Positions 42,931 through 51,980 of a stretch of DNA of 64,000 nucleotides are shown in pieces. The DNA comes from an uncultured Oscillospiraceae bacterium (GTDB lineage Bacteria; Bacillota; Clostridia; Oscillospirales; Oscillospiraceae), in NCBI GenBank assembly GCA_947591105.1, contig CANQDL010000002.1:4919-68918 (forward strand). Reading direction: 5' to 3'. Within the stretch, counting starts at the first letter, position 1. Each line of letters starts with the position of its first letter. Position numbers and translations under genes: made by a program. Under the pieces are notes generated by a model. The model was not told the DNA's origin. It saw only the letters and a list, made by a program, of their open reading frames with translations, and did not search any database.

Positions 42931-45486
42931 ATGGCGGAGGACGGCTCCGTTGTCATTAAGATCCGCTTTGAGACAGGCGACGTGGATCGGGGCGTGGATC
43001 AGATAGAGGCGGGCTGCCGCAGAGCGGGCGCGGCGGTCTCGCGGATGGGAAAGAATATGTCGGCCCGGTGGTCGGACAGCGCCGGGGCGGCGGACAGGGC
43101 CGTGCGGGAGATGACCGGCGGCGTGCGGGCGCTGGGTCGGGAGATGGACGATTCTGGCGGGGCGCAGCTGGCCCGGCAGATGCAGTCCGTACAGCAGAGC
43201 GCCGGAATGGCGGCCCAGGGCATGGGCCGGGCGGAGAGCGCCGTGGATGCGGCGGGGCTTTCCATGACAGAGGGGCTGGACGCTATGGTGCGGTATGACC
43301 GGGGGATGCAGACCCTCTGTCAGACGGAGGCCGGGATGGGCCGGACGCTGGCGGAGGGCGTGGACGCGCTGATCGCCTGTGACGGACAGGCGGCGGACTC
43401 TCTGCGCGCGCTGCAGAGCGCCCTGTACAGCTTGCAGGGAGGGTGGATCACCGCCTTCGCCCCCATCGTCACCGCAGCGGCGCCCTACCTGACCAAGCTC
43501 TGCTCCCTGCTGGTCACGGCGGCAAATTATGTGGCCATGTTCTTTGCCCTGTTGAGCGGGGAGAGTACCTATCGGCGGGCGGTGACGGGGCTGTCCGCCC
43601 TGTCGGGACAGGCCGGCGCGGCCGCGGGGGAGATGTCGGCGCTGGGCGGCGCGGCGAAAAAGACTGGGGGAGAGACCGGCCGCTTCGGCCAGAGGGCTGC
43701 CCGCGCCATCGGCGGCGTGGAGAAGAAGGCGGACGACGCCGCCGGAGGCGTGCGTGGCATCGGCAAGGCCGTCAGGGATGCGGAGCGGAATTTGACCGGC
43801 CTGGATGAGCTGAACATCTGGCGGGTGGAAGAGAGCGCCCAGCGGCCCGGCGGCGGAGGCGATCCCTCCGGCGGAAGCCCTGACATACAGGTGGGCGGCG
43901 TGAGCTTTGAGCCGGAGAACATCGGCGGGGCCTTTACGGAGCGAGTGGAGTGGGTCCAGGAGCATTTTCAGGGCATTCTGACCCTGGCCCAGGCCATCGG
44001 CGCGGCGCTGCTGACCTGGGGGATCGCCCGGGCCTTCGGCGCCGATGTGGAGCACGCCCTGGGACTGGCGGTGGCCATGGGCGGCGCGGTGTTCACGGTG
44101 AAGGGCGGTCTGGACGCCTGGAACAACGGCGTGGACTGGTCGAATCTTCTGCAGATGCTCACGGGCACGGCGGCAATGACCGGGGGCCTGGGACTGGCCT
44201 TCGGCAGAGCGGGCGCGGCCGTGGGGCTGCTGGCAGGCGGCGTGACGATGGCCGCGACGGCCTTTAAGGACTGGTGGACGACGGGAGAGATGACCAACCA
44301 GAGCCTGGCGGGGATGGAGGCGGGCCTGTTTTCTGTCGGCGGGGCGCTGACGATGATGACCGGCTCCTGGATCCCCCTGCTGGTGGCGGGGATCGGCGGC
44401 ATCGTGCTGGCCGTGGTCAAGTGCACCGGCCACGCGGACGAGCTGATCGCCGCTCTCAAGCAGACCTTTGGCGGACTGACGGATTTCGTCGCGGGGGTGT
44501 TTACCGGCGACTGGAAGCGGGCTTGGGAGGGCGTCAAGCAGATCTTCTCCGGCCTGTGGAGCACGGTCAAGACCATTTTCATTAGTATCTGGGATGGGAT
44601 CAAGGCGGCCGCCGGCGCCGGATGGAACTGGATCAAGAGCATATTTTCCTCCGCCGGGAGCAAGGTGCGGGAGATCTTTGGCGGGATCAAAAATACCATC
44701 AGCGAGAAGGTCTCCGGGGCGTGGCAGGCGGTGAAGGAGAAGTTCACGGCCATCCGGGACAGCATCAGTGAGAAACTGAACGCGGTCAAGGAGAAGGTGA
44801 GCGGGATCTTCGGGGGCATCAGACAGACCATCCAGGAGAAGATCGAGGGGGCCAAGGAGAAGGTGCGCAGCGCCATAGAGGCCATCAAGGGATTTTTCAA
44901 GTTCGACTGGAGCCTGCCCAAGCTGAAAATGCCCCACTTCTCCATTGAGGGGAAGTTCTCCCTGTCCCCGCCGTCCATTCCCCACATATCGGTGGACTGG
45001 TACGCAAAGGGCGGCATCGTGGACGGGGCGACGCTGATCGGCGCGGGGGAGGCGGGCCGGGAGGCCATCATCCCCCTGGAGCGGCACACCCAGTGGATCG
45101 ACGCGGTGGCGGGCAGGCTGGCCCGGCTGCTGGTGGAGGAAAAGCCCCTGGATATGCTGGAGAGCGCGGCGGACAGACTGGACGGGCTGGCCGCCTCCAT
45201 CGACCGGATGGGACTGGCGGCGGAGCCCTTCCCCGTGCCGGCCATGGCCACGGGTACGGTGATCCCGCCCCGGGCGGCCTATACGGACGGGCCGGTGCGG
45301 GGGCTGGGAGATCTGGGAAGCCAGCTGCGGCAGATGCTGACAGGCGCCGGAGGACTGGAGCCCGCCGGGCAGGGGGCGAGCTATACGTTCATCGGAAAGA
45401 TTGACCGGCGGGTGCTGTTTCAGGAATTCATGGACGAGGCGAAAATGCAGCGCACGCGGACGGGCCGGAACCCGTTCGACCTGTGA
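42931..45486 (+). CDS. Tail tape measure protein
   Basis: 851 aa with central TM-like Gly/Ala-rich segments and repeated W..VK..F heptad-like motifs ([19 protein letters not shown]...). Confidence 0.9.
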   Translation: MAEDGSVVIKIRFETGDVDRGVDQIEAGCRRAGAAVSRMGKNMSARWSDSAGAADRAVREMTGGVRALGREMDDSGGAQLARQMQSVQQSAGMAAQGMGRAESAVDAAGLSMTEGLDAMVRYDRGMQTLCQTEAGMGRTLAEGVDALIACDGQAADSLRALQSALYSLQGGWITAFAPIVTAAAPYLTKLCSLLVTAANYVAMFFALLSGESTYRRAVTGLSALSGQAGAAAGEMSALGGAAKKTGGETGRFGQRAARAIGGVEKKADDAAGGVRGIGKAVRDAERNLTGLDELNIWRVEESAQRPGGGGDPSGGSPDIQVGGVSFEPENIGGAFTERVEWVQEHFQGILTLAQAIGAALLTWGIARAFGADVEHALGLAVAMGGAVFTVKGGLDAWNNGVDWSNLLQMLTGTAAMTGGLGLAFGRAGAAVGLLAGGVTMAATAFKDWWTTGEMTNQSLAGMEAGLFSVGGALTMMTGSWIPLLVAGIGGIVLAVVKCTGHADELIAALKQTFGGLTDFVAGVFTGDWKRAWEGVKQIFSGLWSTVKTIFISIWDGIKAAAGAGWNWIKSIFSSAGSKVREIFGGIKNTISEKVSGAWQAVKEKFTAIRDSISEKLNAVKEKVSGIFGGIRQTIQEKIEGAKEKVRSAIEAIKGFFKFDWSLPKLKMPHFSIEGKFSLSPPSIPHISVDWYAKGGIVDGATLIGAGEAGREAIIPLERHTQWIDAVAGRLARLLVEEKPLDMLESAADRLDGLAASIDRMGLAAEPFPVPAMATGTVIPPRAAYTDGPVRGLGDLGSQLRQMLTGAGGLEPAGQGASYTFIGKIDRRVLFQEFMDEAKMQRTRTGRNPFDL

Positions 45487-45498
45487 GGGGGTGACGCA

Positions 45499-45888
45499 GT
45501 GGCGCAGCGATACCAGGACTATATCAAGCTCAACGACAAGGTGATCGTCCAGCCGGACGAGGGGTTACAGTATTCCTTTGAGACGACCTATACGGAGGAC
45601 TCCACCCGTGTGCAGAGCGGGCGCATCTACGCCACGCCCATGTTTACGGTGGAGTCCTTCGGGTATACGGCCACGTGGGTGCCGGCGGCGGAGATGACCA
45701 AGATCCTGCAGATCATCGACAAGGGCCATCCGTTCAAGCTGCACTACTTCTCTCCCCACTACGGGGCATGGCGGGACGATATGTTTTACGTGGGCAAGGG
45801 CTCTCTGGCCATCGGCCGGCTGAACACGGCGGAAGAGGTGTTTGAGAACCTGTCCTTCAATATGGTGGGGGTGAATCCGATCACATGA
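45499..45888 (+). CDS. Small distal-tail-position protein
   Basis: 129 aa with a GTG start and a GAGGGGG RBS. Positional call only. Confidence 0.45.
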   Translation: MAQRYQDYIKLNDKVIVQPDEGLQYSFETTYTEDSTRVQSGRIYATPMFTVESFGYTATWVPAAEMTKILQIIDKGHPFKLHYFSPHYGAWRDDMFYVGKGSLAIGRLNTAEEVFENLSFNMVGVNPIT

Positions 45889-48086
45889 TACCGGTCAGCG
45901 GGCAGTTTATAAAGACGATGGAGCAGCGGCGGGATTTCAAAGCTCTGGCCGACGTGACGCTGGCGGACGGCCGGCAGCTGACGCTCACGGAGGAGGACTT
46001 CGTGATAAGCGGCAACCAGCTGACGGACGGGGCGGGCGTGTCCGCGCTCCCCCTGGGAGAGGCGGTGTGCCGGACGGCGCGGCTGGAGCTGATGAACAGC
46101 GACGGGCATCTGGACGGATATGATTTTTACGGCGCGGCGATCCGGCTGTGGCTGACCTTCCGGCTGGAGCAGGATGAGGAACGGATCGAGCTTGGCACAT
46201 TCACCGTGACGGAGCCGGAGACGGTGGGACAGACGGTGAGCGTGACGGCGGCGGACGCCATGGTGCGCGCGGACTGCGCCTATGCGCCGAAGCTGGCGGG
46301 AAACGCGTCCCTGGGCGGGCTGTGGCGGGATGTGTGCGGCGCGTGCGGCATCCCCACCCGGGAGACGGATTTTCCCAACAGGGAGATGGAGGTGGCCGTG
46401 CCGGCGGCGGGTGCGTATACCTGCCGGCAGATGCTGGGGTACATCGCCATGCTGGCCGGGGGAAACGCCCGGATCGGCCGGGACGGGTACGCCCAGGTGC
46501 TGGCCTATGACCGGCTTTGCGCGCCGGCGTACATCCTGGACGCCTGGTCGAGTCTGAACGCGGACACGGACAGCGTGACCGTGACGGGACTGCGGACAGC
46601 GGCGGGAGAGCAGGAGCTTCTGGAGGGGGAAGAGGGCTATGTGCTGCAGGTGGAAAATCCCCTTATGGAGGGACGGCAGGCCCAGGCGCTGGAGAAGATG
46701 GGGGCCGTGCTGATCGGATTGCAGGTGCGGCGCTTTGACGGAACCCACGTGAGCTATCCCATGGCGGAGTGCATGGACACGGTGGGGATCAGAGACAGGC
46801 GGGGCCGGGAATACAAGACCGTGCTGACGGACGTGACCTTCACCTTCGGCGGGGCCACGGCCCTTTCCAACAGCGCGGAGGACGCGGTGCGAAACGCCAG
46901 CCGGTATACGTCCCAGGCGGGACAGGTCAGGACGGAGGCGATGAAGGGCCTGGAGCAGGAGAAGGCGGAGCGGGAGCAGGCCGTGGCGGCCGAGCAGCAG
47001 GCCCGGGGAGAGCTGGCCCAGCAGATGCAGCAGCGGCTGGAAAAGGCAGGGGGCCTTTACAGCACCGCCCAGCGGCAGCCGGACGGCTCTACGGTCTACT
47101 TCCTGCACGACAAGCCCACCCTGGACGGCTCCGGGGTGGTGATGAAGCTGACGGCGGACGTGATCGGCTTCTCCACAGACGGGGGAAAGAGCTACCCGTA
47201 CGGGTTCACGGTCACCGGGGAGATGGTGATGAACGTGCTCCAGACCCAGGGGATCAGCGCGGACTGGATCCGGGCGGGCAGCATCGACCTGGGGGTGCTC
47301 AAGCTGACCGGGACGGTCTGCGGGCTCATCCAGGGCCATGGCTCTATACCGGACGGGAGCACCACCGACGGCATCGTCATATACGGAAACGGAACGGACG
47401 GGGCGGGGAAACCCCGGCCGCCCTATATCATCGTGACGAACGAGGGCGTGCGGCTGCAGATCACGGACACGGAGCACGTCTATTTCTCCGGCGGCTACGC
47501 CGGATTTATGGGGGAGAGCATCTCCACCACCGGTAATATAAACGCGGACGGCAGCATCAACGCCGTGGCCGGGGATATTTACGCGGGAAACCGGCGGGCG
47601 GTGCACTTTGACAGCGGCACAGGACTGATCACCTACGGATCGGACAGCACGGACGCGTTTCTGTCCGGGAAAAACGTATACGTGGGGGAGGACATAGCAA
47701 GTCATGTCACCTACCTGCGGGGCGGCTCGATCCATGCCTCGAAGGGCATCCAATACGACTCCGACCGGCGGCTGAAAAAGGACATAGAGCCCCTGCCGGA
47801 GGTCTATGCGCGGGTGCTGGACGGGATGACGCCGGTGCGGTTCCGGTATGAGAGTGAGCCGGAGGGCGGGGCCTATCACATGGGCTACATCGCCCAGGAC
47901 GCGGCGGAGGCGCTGGCCGGGGCGGGTCTGGCGCCGGAGGATATGGCGGCGGTGGGCGTCCGGACGGACGGGGACGGGCATATGTCCCTGGCCTACGGGG
48001 AGCTTGTCGCCCTGCTGCATTTGAAGATCCGGTGTCTGGAGCGGCGATTGGACGCGCTCCAGGCCGAGAGGAGGGACGGAATATGA
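45885..48086 (+). CDS. Tail-associated protein/fibre with a C-terminal S74 intramolecular chaperone domain
   Basis: The C-terminus DSDRRLKKDIEPL...YHMGYIAQD...LAYGELVALLHLKIRCLERRLDAL matches the endosialidase-type auto-cleaving chaperone domain. Confidence 0.8.
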   Translation: MIPVSGQFIKTMEQRRDFKALADVTLADGRQLTLTEEDFVISGNQLTDGAGVSALPLGEAVCRTARLELMNSDGHLDGYDFYGAAIRLWLTFRLEQDEERIELGTFTVTEPETVGQTVSVTAADAMVRADCAYAPKLAGNASLGGLWRDVCGACGIPTRETDFPNREMEVAVPAAGAYTCRQMLGYIAMLAGGNARIGRDGYAQVLAYDRLCAPAYILDAWSSLNADTDSVTVTGLRTAAGEQELLEGEEGYVLQVENPLMEGRQAQALEKMGAVLIGLQVRRFDGTHVSYPMAECMDTVGIRDRRGREYKTVLTDVTFTFGGATALSNSAEDAVRNASRYTSQAGQVRTEAMKGLEQEKAEREQAVAAEQQARGELAQQMQQRLEKAGGLYSTAQRQPDGSTVYFLHDKPTLDGSGVVMKLTADVIGFSTDGGKSYPYGFTVTGEMVMNVLQTQGISADWIRAGSIDLGVLKLTGTVCGLIQGHGSIPDGSTTDGIVIYGNGTDGAGKPRPPYIIVTNEGVRLQITDTEHVYFSGGYAGFMGESISTTGNINADGSINAVAGDIYAGNRRAVHFDSGTGLITYGSDSTDAFLSGKNVYVGEDIASHVTYLRGGSIHASKGIQYDSDRRLKKDIEPLPEVYARVLDGMTPVRFRYESEPEGGAYHMGYIAQDAAEALAGAGLAPEDMAAVGVRTDGDGHMSLAYGELVALLHLKIRCLERRLDALQAERRDGI

Positions 48087-49702
48087 CGCTGACACAGGAG
48101 ATCACCCTGGACATCTATGAGGAGAAGTATTTCGAGTACATCAACGCCAAGCAGGCGGACAACATAAGCCGTATCCTGGTGGTGACGCTGACGGCGAACG
48201 GCCAGGTCATCAAGCCGGACGCGGAAGGCGAGCAGGCGGTGTTCCGGGCGCTGAAGCCGGACGGCACCAGCGTGATCGACCCGGCGGTCATCGGCCAGGA
48301 CGGGAAGGTGACGGTGGCGCTCACGGCCCAGGCGCTGGCCTGCGCGGGACAGGTGGAGGCGGACGTGTCCATCCTGCGGGACGAGATGATCCTCTCCTCG
48401 GCCACGTTCTATATCCAGGTGGCGGCGGCGCCCCTGGGCAGATCCATCACCAGCGAGAACGAGTTTCTGCTGCTGACGCAGGCGCGGCAAGCGGCGGAGG
48501 CGGCCGCCCAGGCCGCGGCCGAGGGCGCGGAGCAGATAAAGGAAAGTCTGGAGAGCGTGCGGCGCAGCGAGCTTCAGGCGCAGCAGTACGCCGCCGAGGC
48601 CCAGACCGGCGCGGAGACGGCCTCGGAGCAGGCGGGAGCGGCGTCTGACAGCGCGGAGGCGGCCCGGCAGGCGGGCGAGGACGCCGAAGAGCAGACCCGG
48701 CAGGCGGCGGAGCACGCCGGAGCGTCCCGGGAGAGCGCCGAGAGCGCGGCGGCGGATGCGGCGCGGGCGGAAGAGGCGGCGGAAACGGCCCAGAGCATCG
48801 CCCAGGGGGCCCTGGGCTATTACGCCGACCCGGAGACCCTCGCGCAGATCCATCCCCAGGCCGACGACGGCAACTGGGCCATCGTGGGCACCACGGACAC
48901 CATATGGATCTGGGACAGCGACAGCGGCGCCTGGACGGACAGCGGCAACAAGACGGATCTGTCCCAATACTACACAAAGACCGAGGCGGACGAGATCCTG
49001 ACCGGGGCGGAGGAGCGGTTGGACGCCGCTCTCACGGCAAAGCTTCTGCTGTTGGCACACCCGGTGGGGAGCCTGTACTGGTCGATGGAGGCCACCGATC
49101 CGGCAGAGCTCTTCGGCGGGACGTGGGAGCGGATCAAGGATCGCTTTGTCCTGGCGGCGGGCGATACATATAAAGCGGGTACGTCCGGCGGGGCGGCGTC
49201 GGTGACCACCGGCGGCTCCAGCGCCTCCAGTACTGCAGGCAGCAGCGCTGCCAGCACAGGAACATCGAGCCTGCAATACACGTACGACAGCAACACGGGA
49301 TATACCGGATCTACCGCGCTCACCGTGGAGAATCTGCCGTATCACACCCACGGGTCGAGAAGCCTGGTCGGTTCCGGACGTCTGCGCTCCATTGGCGTGC
49401 AAAGCGGCGATACGTTCATGAGCGCCAGCGGGATCATCAAAACGTCTGTGGAGAGCTGGGCTGGCAGTCACGCGGGGCTGCAGGACGAGCAGGGCGTCTC
49501 GCAGGATCAGGCGTTTACCATCGACGCGACCCACGAGCACGACGGCGTTGGAGCGGGCTGGGGGCACAGCCACACGATGAGCCATGCCCACTATATGGAT
49601 CACACCCACAGCATCGCCCATACCCACACCATGGCCCACACCCACACCGTGGCCACCATGCCGCCGTACACCGTGGCCTACTGCTGGAAGCGGACGGCGT
49701 GA
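48083..49702 (+). CDS. BppU-like baseplate/receptor-binding protein with a coiled coil and an HxH-repeat tip
   Basis: The N-terminus INAKQADNISRILVVTLTANGQVIKP is BppU_N-like. It has an Ala/Glu-rich coiled coil, and a C-terminal HEH..HSH..HAH..HTH..HTH..HTH array. Confidence 0.7.
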   Translation: MTLTQEITLDIYEEKYFEYINAKQADNISRILVVTLTANGQVIKPDAEGEQAVFRALKPDGTSVIDPAVIGQDGKVTVALTAQALACAGQVEADVSILRDEMILSSATFYIQVAAAPLGRSITSENEFLLLTQARQAAEAAAQAAAEGAEQIKESLESVRRSELQAQQYAAEAQTGAETASEQAGAASDSAEAARQAGEDAEEQTRQAAEHAGASRESAESAAADAARAEEAAETAQSIAQGALGYYADPETLAQIHPQADDGNWAIVGTTDTIWIWDSDSGAWTDSGNKTDLSQYYTKTEADEILTGAEERLDAALTAKLLLLAHPVGSLYWSMEATDPAELFGGTWERIKDRFVLAAGDTYKAGTSGGAASVTTGGSSASSTAGSSAASTGTSSLQYTYDSNTGYTGSTALTVENLPYHTHGSRSLVGSGRLRSIGVQSGDTFMSASGIIKTSVESWAGSHAGLQDEQGVSQDQAFTIDATHEHDGVGAGWGHSHTMSHAHYMDHTHSIAHTHTMAHTHTVATMPPYTVAYCWKRTA

Positions 49703-49716
49703 AAGGGGGCAACGCC

Positions 49717-49923
49717 ATGGACAGAGGATGCGTGGGGTGCCGGTTCGCGGCGCCGGTGTACATGGGAGACGGGGAGGAGCTCTTGACGGCCTGCGTCTAT
49801 CTGCTGCGGACGGGACACAGGCGTCCCTGCCCGCCCGGGGACGGGTGCCGGGTGTTCGAGCCGGCGTGCGGGGAAAAACAGAACGCTTGTACAGCGGTAC
49901 GGAAAGGGGAAGGATACATATGA
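49717..49923 (+). CDS. Small Cys-rich hypothetical protein
   Basis: 68 aa with 8 Cys (CVGC...C...CPPGDGC...C...C). AAAGGGGG RBS. Its stop overlaps the holin start. Confidence 0.4.
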   Translation: MDRGCVGCRFAAPVYMGDGEELLTACVYLLRTGHRRPCPPGDGCRVFEPACGEKQNACTAVRKGEGYI

Positions 49924-50351
49924 GATTAAAGAACGTGTTTTGCACGGCGGTGGGCGCCATAGGCGGGGCGGTCAGCGCTTTGCTGGGAGGATGGGACGCG
50001 GCGGCGGTCACGCTGCTGATCTTCATGGCGGCGGATTACCTGTCGGGCCTGGTGGTGGCGGGAGTGTTTCACGCCTCTCCCAAGTCCGCCGGCGGCGCGC
50101 TGGAGAGCCGGGCCGGGTTCAAGGGCCTGTGCCGCAAGGGCATGATCGTGCTGTTTGTGCTCATCGCATGCCGGCTGGATCTGCTGCTGGGAACGGGCTA
50201 TATCCGGGACGGGGTCATCATCGGCTTTTGCGCCAACGAGCTGCTGTCCATCGTGGAAAATGCCGGGCTCATGGGCCTGCCCCTGCCCGGAGCGGTGACG
50301 GGGGCGGTGGACGTGCTGATGGGGAAGACGGAGGAAAACGGCCATGAGTAA
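49920..50351 (+). CDS. Phage holin (LL-H/phi-LC3-like family)
   Basis: Three TM helices. DYLSGLVVAG...FCANELLSIVENAGLMGLPLP is typical of this holin family. Confidence 0.85.
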   Translation: MRLKNVFCTAVGAIGGAVSALLGGWDAAAVTLLIFMAADYLSGLVVAGVFHASPKSAGGALESRAGFKGLCRKGMIVLFVLIACRLDLLLGTGYIRDGVIIGFCANELLSIVENAGLMGLPLPGAVTGAVDVLMGKTEENGHE

Positions 50352-51159
50352 CGCCGCGCAGGTGGTGACCATCGCCCTGGCGGAGGTGGGCTATAAGGAG
50401 AAGGCCACCAACGCCAGCCTGGATCTGGCCACGGCCAACGCCGGGACGGGAAACTGGACGAAATACGCCCGGGATCTTTGGAACGCCGGCTATTATAATG
50501 GGAACAAGAACGGCTACGCCTGGTGCGACGTGTTTGTGGACTGGGTGTTCTTCAAGGCTTTCGGGAAGACCGAGGGGCAGCTGACAGAGTGCCAGACCGG
50601 CACCCTGGGGGCGGCCTGCCCGTACAGCGCCGGGTACTACAAGGCACAGGGCCGGTACGACAAGACCCCCAAGGTGGGCGACCAGGTGTTCTTCCAGCAG
50701 GGCGGCGCGCTGGTGCACACCGGCATCGTGGTGGGCGTCAGCGGCAGCACCATCACCTGTGTGGAGGGCAACGCCTCCAACATGGTGAAGAAGACCAGCT
50801 ATAGCCTCGCCAACACCTACGTGGCCGGGTTCGGTCATCCCAAGTATACGGAAGAGACCGATGACAGCGCCGGCGTGATCGAGGTCACGGCGAACACCGG
50901 CGCGCAGATCACCGTCACGCTGGGCACTGTCCAGTCCGGCAGCACCGGCGCCCAGGTCAAGACGGTGCAGCGCATTCTCTACGCCCGTGGCATCCGGGAC
51001 AACGCCGGGAAGGTCATCGCCGTGGACGGTTCCTTTGGGCCCAGCACCAAGCAGGCGGTGATCAAGCTGCAGAAGAGCCTGTTCCCGTCCGCGTCCAAAG
51101 AGTGGGACGGCGTCGTCGGCGCCAAGACCTGGGACGCCATGCTGAATAAGCTGTGGTAA
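50344..51159 (+). CDS. Endolysin: CHAP amidase/peptidase plus a PG_binding_1 domain
   Basis: Catalytic Cys context YAWCDVFV and His context LVHTGIVV. C-terminal GAQVKTVQRILYARG...DGSFGPSTKQAVIKLQ peptidoglycan-binding repeat. Confidence 0.9.
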   Translation: MSNAAQVVTIALAEVGYKEKATNASLDLATANAGTGNWTKYARDLWNAGYYNGNKNGYAWCDVFVDWVFFKAFGKTEGQLTECQTGTLGAACPYSAGYYKAQGRYDKTPKVGDQVFFQQGGALVHTGIVVGVSGSTITCVEGNASNMVKKTSYSLANTYVAGFGHPKYTEETDDSAGVIEVTANTGAQITVTLGTVQSGSTGAQVKTVQRILYARGIRDNAGKVIAVDGSFGPSTKQAVIKLQKSLFPSASKEWDGVVGAKTWDAMLNKLW

Positions 51160-51161
51160 TA

Positions 51162-51199
51162 AGAACACCCTGCCGCGATGGCGGCAGGGTGTTCTTTGT
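51162..51199. terminator. Strong terminator closing the phage cluster (shared with the convergent ydcF-like gene)
   Basis: 15-bp stem AGAACACCCTGCCGC/GCGGCAGGGTGTTCT followed by TTGTGG. Confidence 0.75.
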
Positions 51200-51218
51200 G
51201 GTTGGAGGGGAGCGGGGA

Positions 51219-51980
51219 TCACATGCCGAATACCCACAGCTCCCACATGGCAAAGGCCTCCCGGATGGCGTAGTTGATGAAAAGGCTCACCTTTGTGGTA
51301 CGGGCGGCCACCAGCACGGGCTGGCAGCCTATCCTCTGGGCCATGTAGCCCAGGCGGTGCAGGTGGTACTCGCTGGAGAGGATGGCCACCCGGCCGGCGG
51401 GGTCGCCGCCCCGCTCGGTGATGAGGGCGAGGGAGTTTTGGATGTTTTCATAGCTGCTGCCGGCCTTGTCCTCCGGGATGAGCCGGTCGGCGGGCACGCC
51501 CTTTTCCATGAGCCAGCGGTACATGACCTGGGCCTCGGAGAGCTCCTCGCCTGGGCCCTGGGAGCCGGAGAGGATGGCGACGCCGTCTGGGTTTTCGCGG
51601 AGCCAGAGCAGGGCCCGCTCCAGCCGGTCGGTCATGGAGCGGGAGGGCTGGGTGCCGTTTATGCCCGCGCCGCAGACGATCAGATAGGGCGCGGCGGTGT
51701 CCGGGGCGGAGCGGGCGTCCAGCAGCACGGGGATCTCCGCCGCCAGAAAGCAGCAAAAGCCCACCGTGAGAAACAGCACCAGCGCCAGACGCAGCCGCCG
51801 GCTCATACGGGTGTCCCGGCGGGAGAGCATGGCAAACAGGGCCAGACATATCCCGCCGAAGGCCAACACCAGGGCGGTCATGCCGTAGCCGATCATGCAG
51901 AAGGCGAAAAAGGCGCCGGCCGCCCAGCAGAGGGCGGCGCCGGTATAGAGGATGAGCTGGGTCTTTGTAAGATACTTCAT
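51219..51980 (-). CDS. YdcF/DUF218 family membrane-anchored protein
   Basis: N-terminal TM helices, then ILSGSQGPGEELSEAQVMYRWLMEKGVPADRLIPEDKAGSSYENI, typical of DUF218. ATG at 51980. Confidence 0.8.
   Translation of the reverse strand: MKYLTKTQLILYTGAALCWAAGAFFAFCMIGYGMTALVLAFGGICLALFAMLSRRDTRMSRRLRLALVLFLTVGFCCFLAAEIPVLLDARSAPDTAAPYLIVCGAGINGTQPSRSMTDRLERALLWLRENPDGVAILSGSQGPGEELSEAQVMYRWLMEKGVPADRLIPEDKAGSSYENIQNSLALITERGGDPAGRVAILSSEYHLHRLGYMAQRIGCQPVLVAARTTKVSLFINYAIREAFAMWELWVFGM

Larger units (their letters stand above)
34672..51199 (+). mobile_element. Phage-derived head-tail-lysis gene cluster lacking integration, lysogeny and replication modules (defective prophage or GTA/PBSX-like element)
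   Basis: Twenty co-directional, tightly coupled ORFs from terS to endolysin. No integrase, repressor or replication gene anywhere in the window. Bounded by terminators and host genes. Confidence 0.75.
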
